From assembly GCA_963748815.1 (NCBI GenBank), contig CAVVKJ010000010.1:320001-384000 (forward strand): a stretch of DNA of 64,000 nucleotides, in the 5' to 3' direction. This document shows, one piece after another, positions 13,536 to 23,434 of the stretch. Below the pieces are notes generated by a model. The model was not told the DNA's origin, ran no database searches, and saw nothing but the letters and a program-made list of their open reading frames with translations. Position 1 is the first letter of the stretch. Every line of letters starts with the position of its first letter. Source of the DNA: an uncultured Gemmatimonadales bacterium. Lineage in GTDB: Bacteria > Gemmatimonadota > Gemmatimonadetes > Gemmatimonadales > GWC2-71-9. A program made the translations under genes and the position numbers.

Positions 13536-15378
13536 ATGACCGAACCCGCATCCACCGAGGGCGCCGGCCGCATTCTCGCCACCGCCCGCGAAGAGGCCGA
13601 GCGCCTTGGACACGCCCAGATCGGCACCGAGCACCTCTTGCTCGCGCTGCTGCGCGAACGGGAGAGCCTTCCCCCGGACGCCGCGGCCCAGTTGCCGAAG
13701 GACGTGGAAAACGCCGGCAAGCGGTTGATGAGCGCCGGCAAGCGGGGCACGCCGCCGGAAGAGGGGCTCGCGCTTTCCAGCCGCGCACGCCGCATCATGG
13801 ACGAGGCCGCCGCCGAGGCGGGGCGCCAGGGGGGCTCGACGATCACCCCCGAGCACCTCCTCATCGCGCTGCAGGGCGAGAATAAGGGCATCGCCGCCGC
13901 CATTCTGCGCGAAGCCAGCGGCAAGAAGAAGGGAGAGCGAGGGGGCCGCCCGCAGGGCGACACCCCTGCCGACCCCGATCGGTCCGGTCAGCGTGAGCGG
14001 CAGCGCGACCGCCAGCGGCAGGAGGCGGGGGAGGAGCCGGCCGAATCCCCGACCGAGGCAGCCGTCACCCCCGCGAGCCCACCCGAGCGCCCAGCACGCG
14101 CCGAGCGACCCGAACGCCCCGAACGGGGCGAGCGCGGCCGCGGTCGGGACCGGGAGAAGCGCGGGCCGGCGGCGCCCGAGAAGGGCCGGGAGCGCCGGGA
14201 CCGCAAGCCAGACGGGAAGGCGCCCTCCGCGCCGACACCGCCGCCCCATCGCGGCGCCGCCTCGGAACCAGCGGCACCGGAGGCGCCACCGCTCCCGCGG
14301 CGCGTCGCGCCGGTGGTCGGCGACCCCTTCCGGCTCAAGCTGCGGCACCTCCTCCTCCCCGCCGTTCCAGCCGCCATCTGGCTGGCGCGCCAGGGCGCCG
14401 ACCCGTACCTCGTTTTCGCGGTGGCCTGCCTGGCGGTCCTCCCGCTCGCCCAGTATCTCGGCGAAGCGACGGAGCATCTCGGGGAACGGACCGGGCCGAC
14501 GATCGGCGGGTTCCTGAACGCGACCTTCGGCAACGCCGCCGAACTGATCATCGCCATCTTCGCGCTGCAGGCCGGGCTCATCGAGCTGGTCAAGGCGTCG
14601 ATCATCGGCAGCATCCTCGGCAACCTGCTGCTCATTCTTGGACTGTCGCTGATGGCCGCGGGGATGAACAAGCCGCTGTTCGCATTCAATCGCACCGCCG
14701 CCGGCATGGCGCGGCGCCATGCTGGCCCTGGCGGTGGCGGCGCTGGTCTTCCCGGCGCTCTTCCACGCGACGCATCCGGAGGCGTCGCTGCTCGTGGAGC
14801 TGCACCTCTCCGAAGCGGTGGCGATCGTGCTCGGGGCGGTCTACCTCCTGTCGCTGCTCTTCTCCCTCCGGACCCACCGCCGTCTGCTCGGGGGCGATCC
14901 ACACCCCACGGTGCACCCGGTCTGGGGGGTGCCCAGGGCGCTCGGCGTGCTGACCCTGTCCACCGTCGGCATCGCCGTCGTGTCGGAAATCCTGGTCCAT
15001 GCCATCGGCCCGATGACCGAGGGGGGCATCTTTTCCCAGGCGTTTCTCGGCCTGATCATCATCCCGGTCATCGGCAACGCGGCCGAGCATGCATCGGCGG
15101 TAGTGGTGGCCCGGAAGGGAAAGGTCGACCTCGCGATCCAGATCGCGATGGGCTCGAGCACCCAGGTGGCGCTCTTCGTGGCGCCGGCCCTGATCGCCAT
15201 CGGTGTTCTTGTCGGAGCGGACATGAACCTGGTGTTCACGCCCTTCCAGGTCCTGGCACTCGCTCTGGCGACCGGTGTCAGCGCCCTCATCACGCTGGAC
15301 GGCGAATCGCACTGGTTCGAGGGGGTGCAGTTGCTGGCCCTCTACGTCTTGGTCGGCATTGCGGCGTATTTCATTTGA
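13536..15378 (+). CDS. Ca2+/H+ antiporter (CAX/ChaA family) with N-terminal Clp_N repeat domain; one frameshift near 14710 (likely assembly indel)
   Basis: AREEAERLGHAQIGTEHLLLALL and TITPEHLLIAL Clp_N repeats; alpha-1 FLNATFGNAAELII and alpha-2 IPVIGNAAEH, GSSTQVALFV, DGESHWFEG. Confidence 0.85.
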
Positions 15379-15397
15379 CTTCGCCGGGGCACGCTCC

Positions 15398-15422
15398 TAA
15401 GTTAGTTGTGGATAAACTCTTA
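15398..15422. promoter_or_regulatory. 25-bp symmetric IHF-like motif containing a perfect DnaA box (15407-15415)
   Basis: TAAG-N17-CTTA; TGTGGATAA is the reverse complement of TTATCCACA. Confidence 0.45.
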
Positions 15423-15435
15423 CGGGGTGCCTTGG

Positions 15436-16419
15436 GTGCGTAACCGCCCGACGATTCTCTTCCATTCGCCGGACGCGCGCCCAGTGCCAGCAGTTCTCCG
15501 GCGCTGGGCCGAGGCCCGGGGCTTTCCCACACTGGAGTTTCGGGGTGGGGCGGAACTGGAGTCCATCGTGCTCCGCGGCGCCTCGTGCCTGATTTTTCTG
15601 GACGGCGACGAGTCCGGCGGGGAGGGACTCGCGATGGTGCGGCGCCTGAAGGCCGACGCCTTCACCGCGATCGTGCCGGCGGTCGTCCTATCGGGCACGC
15701 ACGCGCCGGAAAAGGTGGGGGAGTGGTTTGCGGCCGGTGCCGACGAGGTCATCACCGGGTTCTTCGCCCCGGCGGAGCAGCGCGCGCGGCTCGACGCGAT
15801 GCTGCTGCGGACTGAGCGCGACGTCTCGGTGCATCCCTCGACCCGGCTGCCGGGGACGACGGAAATCGAGCGGGCCATCCGGGTGCAGCTGGAGTCGGGC
15901 GACGAGTTCGCGGTGTGCTACGCCGACCTCGACCATTTCAAGGAGTACAACGACCGGTACAGCTACTACGACGGCGACCGGGTCATCTTCATCCTCTCGC
16001 GGATCCTGCACGACGTGGTCCGTGGCATGACCGGTTCGGCGGGGTTTGTCGGGCATATCGGCGGCGACGACTTCATCTTCGTTATCCCGTCGGCCCACGT
16101 GGCCGAGGTGTGCGGCGAGATCCTGTCGGTGTTCGACACCCTGATCCCGCTGCAGTACAACGACCAGGACCGGCGGGCGGGGTACTTTTTCGGCAAGGAT
16201 CGTCGGGGGCAGCTGCACCGGGTGCCGTTGATGACGCTTTCGATCGGGATCGTCACCAACCGGAACCGCCGGTTCGCGCACCCGGCGCAGGTGAGCGAGC
16301 TCGCGACGGAAATGAAGAGCTACGCCAAGACCCTTCCGGGCTCGGTGTTCGTGGTTGACCGCCGTCATGCGCCCGAGGGCGAATCGCCGGCCACCGGCGA
16401 AGGCCGGGACAAGCGTTGA
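15436..16419 (+). CDS. Diguanylate cyclase with degenerate receiver domain
   Basis: HPSTRLPG, YADLDHFKEYNDRY...GDRVI, HIGGDDF; N-terminal REC-like fold (GADEVI). Confidence 0.85.
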   Translation: MRNRPTILFHSPDARPVPAVLRRWAEARGFPTLEFRGGAELESIVLRGASCLIFLDGDESGGEGLAMVRRLKADAFTAIVPAVVLSGTHAPEKVGEWFAAGADEVITGFFAPAEQRARLDAMLLRTERDVSVHPSTRLPGTTEIERAIRVQLESGDEFAVCYADLDHFKEYNDRYSYYDGDRVIFILSRILHDVVRGMTGSAGFVGHIGGDDFIFVIPSAHVAEVCGEILSVFDTLIPLQYNDQDRRAGYFFGKDRRGQLHRVPLMTLSIGIVTNRNRRFAHPAQVSELATEMKSYAKTLPGSVFVVDRRHAPEGESPATGEGRDKR

Positions 16420-16429
16420 GGACGCCGCA

Positions 16430-17143
16430 ATGAACGTGACCTGCCCAGGCTGTTCGACCGTCTTCCGGGTGGACCCCGCCAAGGTCCCCGCCGGTGGCGT
16501 GCGCGCGCGCTGCTCCGTCTGTCGCGCGGTGTTCCGGGTGGAATCCGAGGCGGCCGCGCCGGTCGCGTCCGCCGCGCCGGCCCTGGCGTCGACGCATGTG
16601 CCTCCGCCCCCTCGGACGGCGCCGTCCATTCCGTCGGCGCCCGCCGCCGCTCCGCCGCCGCCCCGTGCGTCCGCCCCGGCGCCGGCCTACCCGTCCGACC
16701 ACGGTGTCGGTGCGCCGCCGTTCGTGGTCCCCCCGCCGAGCCCGGTCGTGCCGCGACCCGCGGCGCCGACGTATCCGCCCGCGCCGTCCGCCGGCGCCCC
16801 GCACGTGCGGCCGCCGTTTTCCTCGCGGCCGGTGAGCATCGCCACGCCGTCCGCGCCACGGACCGCGTCGCCCCGCCCGTCGGTCAACCCCTTCCTCTCC
16901 AAGGACCCGGGGCAGAAGGCGCGGCGACTCGCCCGGGCGCTCGTGTCCGACATCGCGGTGTACCACCCCGAGAAGCGGCTGGAGGGGCTCCGGCACGGCA
17001 CCCTGAAGCAGATCTTCGACGACGAGATCAAGAAGAGCTGGGAAGAGTACGCCGGACAGGTGGGCCGCGACCTGGCGGAGTCCACCACCCACTTCAACGA
17101 CGCGCTGAACGAGATCCTGGGAGACGGCAGCAAGATCTTCTGA
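16430..17143 (+). CDS. Zinc-ribbon (MJ0042-type) protein with Pro-rich linker and helical C-terminal domain
   Basis: CPGC.TVFRV...GVRARCSVC; C-terminal KARRLARALVSDI..Y. Confidence 0.8.
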   Translation: MNVTCPGCSTVFRVDPAKVPAGGVRARCSVCRAVFRVESEAAAPVASAAPALASTHVPPPPRTAPSIPSAPAAAPPPPRASAPAPAYPSDHGVGAPPFVVPPPSPVVPRPAAPTYPPAPSAGAPHVRPPFSSRPVSIATPSAPRTASPRPSVNPFLSKDPGQKARRLARALVSDIAVYHPEKRLEGLRHGTLKQIFDDEIKKSWEEYAGQVGRDLAESTTHFNDALNEILGDGSKIF

Positions 17144-17155
17144 CTTGGCACGCCC

Positions 17156-17218
17156 GGCGTGAAACGCGGAACGGCGGCGTGTGTGCGCACCGGTTCCCGT
17201 TTCACGCCTTCTGTTTTC
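17156..17218 (+). terminator. Intrinsic terminator-like hairpin
   Basis: GGCGTGAAACG...CGTTTCACGCC followed by TTCTGTTTTC. Confidence 0.6.
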
Positions 17219-17246
17219 TGGCACCACGGACCGACCGAGGACGGAC

Positions 17247-18353
17247 ATGGCTGGAGTGACCGAACGACTCGAGGCGTTGCAGGCCCAGGCCGACGAACTG
17301 CGGAGATTTCTTTGACGTAACGCGCCGGCAGTCCCGCCTCTCGGAGCTGGAATCGGCCCAGATGGACCCGACCTTCTGGTCCAACCAGGAGCGGGCGCGG
17401 ACCATCGTCCAGGAAATCAAGCAGCTCAAGTCGTGGATCACGCCGTTCGCCGACCTGTCCGGCCGGCTGGCGGACGCCGTGGACATGGCGGAGCTCCTCG
17501 ACGCCGAACCGGATGCGGCGATGGCCGCGGAGCTCGAGGCGGAGGTGGACCGGCTGGAGCGGGCCGCGACCGCGCTGGAGGTGCGCGGGATGCTGCAGGG
17601 CCCCGACGACGCGCGCGACGCCATCCTGACCATCCACCCCGGTGCCGGCGGCACGGAGTCGCAGGACTGGGCCGAGATGCTCATGCGGATGTACGTGCGC
17701 TGGGCCGAGCGGCGCGGGTACGCCGTCAGCGTCCTCGACCTGGTCGAGGGGGAGGAGGCGGGGATCAAGTCGGTGACGCTCGAGCATCGCCGGGGAGTTC
17801 GCGTACGGCTACCTCCGGGCGGAGAAGGGGGTGCACCGCCTGGTGCGCATTTCCCCCTTCGATTCGCAGGCGCGCCGCCACACCTCGTTCGCCTCGGTTT
17901 TCGTCTATCCCGACATCGACGACACCATCGAGGTGGACCTGCGCGACGAGGACATCCGGATGGACGTCTACCGTGCCTCCGGGGCCGGCGGCCAGCACGT
18001 GAACAAGACCTCGTCGGCCGTGCGGCTGACGCACGAGCCGACCGGCATCGTGGTCGCCTGCCAGCAGGAGCGCAGCCAGGGGAAGAACAAGGCGACCGCC
18101 ATGAAGATGCTGCGCGCCGCGCTCTATCAGCGGAAGCTGGAGGAGCAGGAGGCGGCCAAGGCGGCCGTCGAGGCCACCAAGACCGACAACTCCTGGGGCA
18201 ACCAGATTCGGTCGTACGTATTCCAGCCCTATACCATGGTCAACGACCATCGCATCGGAACTGAAGGTCGGCGATGTGCATCGCGTCATGGACGGGGACA
18301 TCGATGCCTTCATCGAGGCGTACCTGAAGAGCGCCGGAGGGACAGCCGCGTGA
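17247..18353 (+). CDS. prfB: Peptide chain release factor 2; programmed +1 frameshift at 17310-17316 plus two apparent indels (~17786, ~18257)
   Basis: CTT TGA C slippery site, [34 protein letters not shown]. Confidence 0.93.
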
Positions 18354-19858
18354 CGGATGAGACCCGCTCCTTCGTGGAGGACGCGCGCCGGGCCAAGCTC
18401 GACGAGCTCCGCGCCGCCGGCATCGAGCCCTTCGGCTACTCGTTCAAGCGGACCTTCACCGCCGCCGCGGCGGTGGCCGCCTACGACGATGCGATGGGCG
18501 ACGACGGCCCCGAGGTGTCCGCCGCCGGTCGGCTCGTGTCGTACCGCCGTCAGGGGAAGACCGCCTTTGCCCACCTGGAAGACGTCTCCGGCCGGCTGCA
18601 GCTGTACTTCCGCCAGGACGCCCTGGGCGCCGCCTGGGGGCTGGTGCAGCTGCTCGACCTCGACGACCACGTCGGCGTCCACGGGAAGCTCTTCCGCACC
18701 CGCACCGGGGAGATCACGGTCCGGGTGACCGCCGTGGAGCTGCTCGCCAAGTCGCTCCGCCCGCTGCCCCGCGGCAAGACGCAAGTCGGCGAGTCGGGGG
18801 AGACCGTCACCTTCGGGGGGCTCGCCGACTCCGAGGTCCGGTATCGCCAGCGGTACGCCGACCTGGCCGTGCATCCGGAGGTGCGGGAGGTGTTTCGCCT
18901 GCGGGCGCGCGCCGTGTCCTGGCTCCGGCGCTTCCTCGATGAGCGGGCCTTTCTCGAGGTGGAAACGCCCATCCTGCAGCCGCTCTACGGCGGCGCGGCG
19001 GCGCGCCCCTTCGTGACGCACCACAACGCCCTCGACATGCCGCTCTACCTCCGCATCGCCGACGAGCTCTATCTCAAGCGCCTGCTGGTCGGCGGGCTCG
19101 AGCGCGTCTACGAAATCGGGCACGACTTCCGGAACGAGGGGATGGACCGCACGCACAACCCCGAGTTCACGATGCTGGAGTGCTACCAGGCCTACGCCGA
19201 CTATCGCGACATGATGGACCTGACGGAGGCGATGGTCAGCGGGCTGGTGGAGCACTGTTGCGGCACGCTGCGACTCGAGCGCGGCGACGAGGTCCTCGAC
19301 TTCGCGACGCCGTGGCCCCGCGTGTCGTTCGTCGAGGGCATCCGCCTGCGGAGCGGGCTCGATGTCTGCGAGGCCTCGGAGGCGGACATGCGAGCCCGCC
19401 TCGTCCGCACCGGCGTGCCGGCGGAGGAGGCGGCCACGTTCAGCGGGGGCAAGCTGCAGGACGAGATGTTCAAGGCGTTCCTCGAGCCGCACCTCATCCA
19501 GCCTACCTTCGTGGTGGACTACCCGCTGCCGCTCTCCCCGCTGGCGAAGCCGCACCGCGCCGATCCACGCCTCACCGAACGGTTCGAGCTCTTCGTCCAG
19601 GGCCGCGAGATTGCGAACGCCTTCAGTGAGCTGAACGATCCGGACGACCAGCGCCGCCGGTTCGAGGACCAGGCGCGCCAGCGCGCCGACGGCGACGACG
19701 AGGCGCAGCTCTACGACGGCGACTACATCCGGGCGCTGGAGTACGGCATGCCGCCGGCCGGGGGCCTCGGCGTCGGCCTGGACCGGCTGCTGATGGTGCT
19801 CACCGGCTTGCCGTCCATCCGGGACGTGATCCTCTTTCCCGCCATGCGCCCCGAATGA
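18350..19858 (+). CDS. lysS: Lysine--tRNA ligase (class II)
   Basis: [59 protein letters not shown]. Confidence 0.96.
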   Translation: MTDETRSFVEDARRAKLDELRAAGIEPFGYSFKRTFTAAAAVAAYDDAMGDDGPEVSAAGRLVSYRRQGKTAFAHLEDVSGRLQLYFRQDALGAAWGLVQLLDLDDHVGVHGKLFRTRTGEITVRVTAVELLAKSLRPLPRGKTQVGESGETVTFGGLADSEVRYRQRYADLAVHPEVREVFRLRARAVSWLRRFLDERAFLEVETPILQPLYGGAAARPFVTHHNALDMPLYLRIADELYLKRLLVGGLERVYEIGHDFRNEGMDRTHNPEFTMLECYQAYADYRDMMDLTEAMVSGLVEHCCGTLRLERGDEVLDFATPWPRVSFVEGIRLRSGLDVCEASEADMRARLVRTGVPAEEAATFSGGKLQDEMFKAFLEPHLIQPTFVVDYPLPLSPLAKPHRADPRLTERFELFVQGREIANAFSELNDPDDQRRRFEDQARQRADGDDEAQLYDGDYIRALEYGMPPAGGLGVGLDRLLMVLTGLPSIRDVILFPAMRPE

Positions 19859-21159
19859 AGCCCGTCGCGCGCTCGGCCGTCCCCCTGCGGGAGCTGCTCC
19901 GGCTTCCTTCCCGCCTCGAGCGGCACATTGCGGTGCGCTACCTGCGCAGCCGGCGGGGGCGGCGCGGGGCCTCGCTCGGCACCACCATTTCGGTCGGCGG
20001 CGTGGCGGTCGGGATCATGGCGCTCATCGTCGTTCTCGGCGTGATGAACGGGCTCCGGGATGATCTCCGCGACCGGATCCTCGTCGTGAGCCCGCACCTC
20101 CGGATGCTGGCCTATGGCAGCAGCCTCCGGCTCGACAATTGGCAGGGCGCGCTGGCGCGCATCCGCGAGGCGCCGGGGGTCGTCGCCGCCGCACCGGAGG
20201 TCATCACCCAGTCGCTCATCATCAACGAGGCGGGGTACCCTGAGGCGGTCAATGTCCTCGGGCTCGACACCACCGCCGCGTCGCTCGCCGTCACCCCGCT
20301 CCCTGCGCACGTCGTCACCGGCGACCTGAAGTTCCAGGTGACCGATACCTCCGTCGACGGCGGGGTCGTGCTCGGTCGCCGGCTCTCCGAACGGCTGGGC
20401 GCCCTGCCCGGCGACATCGTCCATCTCGTGCCCCCGACTGCCGCCCGCATCAATCCCGCGCTCGGCATGCCGATGCCACGGTTCTGGAAGCTGCAGGTGA
20501 CCGGGACCTTCGAGACCGGGATGTACCAGTACGACAACCAGTTCGTGGTCATGGAACGGGTGCTGGCCCAGGAGTTTGCCGGGCTCGACAGCGCGGTGAC
20601 CGGCATCCAGGTCCGGGTTGGCGACCCTTGGGAGGCGCCGCGCATCGGTGCAGAGTTGGAGGACTTGCTGGGGGTCCTGCAGTACCGGAGCCTCGACTGG
20701 CAGCAGCAGAACGGGGCAATGTTCGCGGCGCTGCAGCTCGAGAAGCTCGCGATGGGCCTGGTCATCTTCTTCATCATGATCGTGGCGGCGTTCAACATCG
20801 TCGGCACGCTGACCATGCTCGTCACCGACAAGACCAGGGAAATCGGCATCCTCGAGGCGATGGGTCTGCCGGCCGGGTCGATCGGTCGGATCTTCCTGGC
20901 GCAGGGCGCCATCATCGGGGCGATCGGTGTGGCGATCGGGCTCGTCGCCGGGCTGGCCATCGCGTTCATCGTGGACAAGAGCGGGTTGATCCGCATCGAG
21001 GCGGCCATTTACGGGATCGACCGCCTCCCGGTCCACATCGAGTTGGTGGATCTCCTCGTGGTCATCGCCGCCGGCTTCGTGGTGACGGTGGCCGCCACGC
21101 TCTACCCGTCGCGCGCCGCCACCCGGCTCACGCCGGTCGACGCGATCCGGCACGAATGA
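19855..21159 (+). CDS. lolE: Lipoprotein-releasing ABC transporter permease (LolC/E)
   Basis: [52 protein letters not shown]. Confidence 0.85.
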   Translation: MKPVARSAVPLRELLRLPSRLERHIAVRYLRSRRGRRGASLGTTISVGGVAVGIMALIVVLGVMNGLRDDLRDRILVVSPHLRMLAYGSSLRLDNWQGALARIREAPGVVAAAPEVITQSLIINEAGYPEAVNVLGLDTTAASLAVTPLPAHVVTGDLKFQVTDTSVDGGVVLGRRLSERLGALPGDIVHLVPPTAARINPALGMPMPRFWKLQVTGTFETGMYQYDNQFVVMERVLAQEFAGLDSAVTGIQVRVGDPWEAPRIGAELEDLLGVLQYRSLDWQQQNGAMFAALQLEKLAMGLVIFFIMIVAAFNIVGTLTMLVTDKTREIGILEAMGLPAGSIGRIFLAQGAIIGAIGVAIGLVAGLAIAFIVDKSGLIRIEAAIYGIDRLPVHIELVDLLVVIAAGFVVTVAATLYPSRAATRLTPVDAIRHE

Positions 21160-21857
21160 GCGTCGTGCTGGAGGCCCGCGGACTGCGGAAGACCTATCTC
21201 GGCGGCGACGGCGCGCCGATCGACGTGCTCGCGGGAGTGGACCTGAGCGTCTCCCGGGGTGAGTTCGTCGCGATCGTCGGGGCGAGCGGGGCGGGAAAGA
21301 GCACGCTGCTGCACCTCCTCGGCGCGCTCGACGAGCCGACGGCGGGAGAGGTCCTGCTTGACGGGGCACGGTACGCCGATCGGAGCGCCGCGGAGCTCGC
21401 CGCCCTCCGCAACGCGCGGATCGGCTTCGTCTTCCAGTTTCACCACCTGTTGCGGGAGTTCACCGCGCGCGAAAACGTCATGATGCCGCTCTTGATTGCG
21501 GGGGCGGCGGATGCCGAGGCGGGCGCCCGCGCCGACACGCTGCTCGAGGCGGTGGGGCTCTCGGCGCGCCGGCTGCACCTGCCGACGCAGCTTTCCGGTG
21601 GCGAGCAGCAGCGGGTGGCGGTGGCGCGCGCGCTCGCGAACGCTCCGGCGGTGGTGCTGGCCGACGAGCCGTCGGGGAATCTCGATCACGCGCACAGCGA
21701 GAATCTGCACACGATCTTCGCCGGGCTGGCGCGCGACTTCCAGACCGCCCTCGTGGTGGTGACCCACAACCGGCATCTCGCCGCCCGGGCCGACCGTCTC
21801 CTCGCCGTGGAAGGCGGACTCCTGGTGCCCGCCGGACGGGAGGAGGGACCGACGTGA
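21156..21857 (+). CDS. lolD: Lipoprotein-releasing ABC transporter ATPase
   Basis: GASGAGKSTLLH, RN..IGFVFQFHHLL.EFTA.EN, LSGGEQQR, ADEPSGNLD. Confidence 0.9.
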   Translation: MSVVLEARGLRKTYLGGDGAPIDVLAGVDLSVSRGEFVAIVGASGAGKSTLLHLLGALDEPTAGEVLLDGARYADRSAAELAALRNARIGFVFQFHHLLREFTARENVMMPLLIAGAADAEAGARADTLLEAVGLSARRLHLPTQLSGGEQQRVAVARALANAPAVVLADEPSGNLDHAHSENLHTIFAGLARDFQTALVVVTHNRHLAARADRLLAVEGGLLVPAGREEGPT

Positions 21858-22354
21858 CCTGCCAGCAGTGCGAGGAACGCGAGGCGGTCGTCCTCCTGAA
21901 GAAGGTCGAGGGGGGCGACGTGCGCGTGCTGCACCTCTGCGAGAAGTGCGCGGCGGAACGGGGGGTGCCGGAGGGGGAGGAGTCGGCCAAGACGCCGCTC
22001 GGTGCCTTCCTCGCCGCGATGGGGACCGATCTCGCCGCCGAATCGCCCCTCAGCAGCGGCGCCGCCCTCGCGGAGTGCCCGGGGTGCGGGGCCACGCTGC
22101 AGGACTTCCGGCGGACCGGCCGCCTGGGGTGCGCCACCTGCTGGACCACCTTCGAGGGACCGCTCCGGGGGCTCACCCGCCGGGTGCACGGCGCCACGCG
22201 GCACGTCGGCGAGCACTACGTGGAGCCGGGTGCGGCGCCGACCGATCAGATTGCGCTCGTGCGGCGGCTGCGGGAACAGCTGGCGGCGGCGGTCAGCGAT
22301 GAGAATTTCGAGCAGGCCGCCGAGCTGCGGGATCGCCTGCGGGGGCTCGAATGA
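21854..22354 (+). CDS. mcsA: Protein-arginine kinase activator McsA
   Basis: Four CxxC motifs, GRLGC..C, C-terminal UVR motif ENFEQAAELRD. Confidence 0.9.
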   Translation: MTCQQCEEREAVVLLKKVEGGDVRVLHLCEKCAAERGVPEGEESAKTPLGAFLAAMGTDLAAESPLSSGAALAECPGCGATLQDFRRTGRLGCATCWTTFEGPLRGLTRRVHGATRHVGEHYVEPGAAPTDQIALVRRLREQLAAAVSDENFEQAAELRDRLRGLE

Positions 22355-23430
22355 TCGACCTGACGCTCCTGGCGGACGGCGGAATCGGCTGGATCGACGC
22401 CTCGGGCCCGGCAAGCCCGCTGGTGTTGTCCACCCGGATCCGCCTGGCGCGTAATCTCGCCGGGCGACCCTTCGCGACGCGGAATGGCGCGAGCGATCGG
22501 GAGGCGATTGCGGAGGCGGTGAGCGGGGCGGTGGCCGGCACGGAGGCGCTGGGGCAGGCCGCCAGCTTTCGGCTCGACCGGCTCGATCTGCGCGACCGGC
22601 TCCTGCTGCACGAGCGGCACCTGGTCAGCAAGGAACTCGCGGGACTGGGTGGGGAACCGGTTCCGGTGGGGGCGGCGCTGCTGGTGCAGGACCGGGTCGG
22701 GGCGATGGTCAACGAGGAGGATCACCTCCGGTTGCAGGGGGTGGTTTCAGGGTTCGCGCTGGAGGCGGCGTACGCCGAGGTCGACCGGCTGGACAGTGAA
22801 CTGGGGCAACGACTTGCCTTCGCATTTCACCCTGAGTTTGGTTACCTTTCCGCCTGTCCAACCAACGTCGGAACCGGGCTGCGCGCCTCTGTTTTGATCC
22901 ATCTGCCCGGGCTGGTGTTGACCAAGGAAATCTCGAAGGTGCTGCAGGGGCTGGCCCAGGTCGGGCTCGCCGTGCGGGGCCTGTACGGCGAGGGCAGCGA
23001 GGTCGTCGGCAATTTCTTCCAGCTGTCGAACCAGACGACGCTCGGCAAGTCGGAGCGTGACCTCCTCGATCACCTTGGCAAGATGGTGCGCGAGGTGATG
23101 ACCTACGAGGACGAGGCGCGTGCGGTGCTCTTGCGGGATGCGCGCGCGGTGATCGAGGACAAGGTGTGGCGCGCGTACGGGCTGCTGCGATACGCCCGGG
23201 CGCTATCCTACGAGGAGGCGATGAACCTCCTCAGCGGCGTGCGACTCGGCGTGGGACTGCAGGTGATTCCCGACGTCGGATTCTACGCCCTCAACAAGAT
23301 GCTGGTTCACACGCAGCAGGCGCATCTGGCCTCGGCGCACGGCGTGGCGCTCGACGATCCGTCGCTCGCCGTCCGACGCGCTGACTTTGTGCGAACGCTG
23401 CTGCAAGACGAAGGACGGCGAGCAGGGTGA
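22351..23430 (+). CDS. mcsB: Protein-arginine kinase McsB
   Basis: STRIRLARN, ERHLVS, NEEDHLR, CPTNVGTGLRAS, RGLYGEGSE, QLSNQTTLG. Confidence 0.92.
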   Translation: MIDLTLLADGGIGWIDASGPASPLVLSTRIRLARNLAGRPFATRNGASDREAIAEAVSGAVAGTEALGQAASFRLDRLDLRDRLLLHERHLVSKELAGLGGEPVPVGAALLVQDRVGAMVNEEDHLRLQGVVSGFALEAAYAEVDRLDSELGQRLAFAFHPEFGYLSACPTNVGTGLRASVLIHLPGLVLTKEISKVLQGLAQVGLAVRGLYGEGSEVVGNFFQLSNQTTLGKSERDLLDHLGKMVREVMTYEDEARAVLLRDARAVIEDKVWRAYGLLRYARALSYEEAMNLLSGVRLGVGLQVIPDVGFYALNKMLVHTQQAHLASAHGVALDDPSLAVRRADFVRTLLQDEGRRAG

Positions 23431-23434
23431 CCCC

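Noticed and set aside
14085..14160. Short 9-bp-period repeats as a CRISPR or DNA repeat element
   Set aside because: They encode the RPE/RGE low-complexity linker in frame; there are no spacers or cas genes.
17831..19858. Apparent RF2-LysRS fusion ORF (675 aa)
   Set aside because: An extra base near 18257 diverts the RF2 frame into lysS. The normal RF2 C-terminus ([13 protein letters not shown]) is in another frame and ends at 18353, overlapping the lysS GTG.
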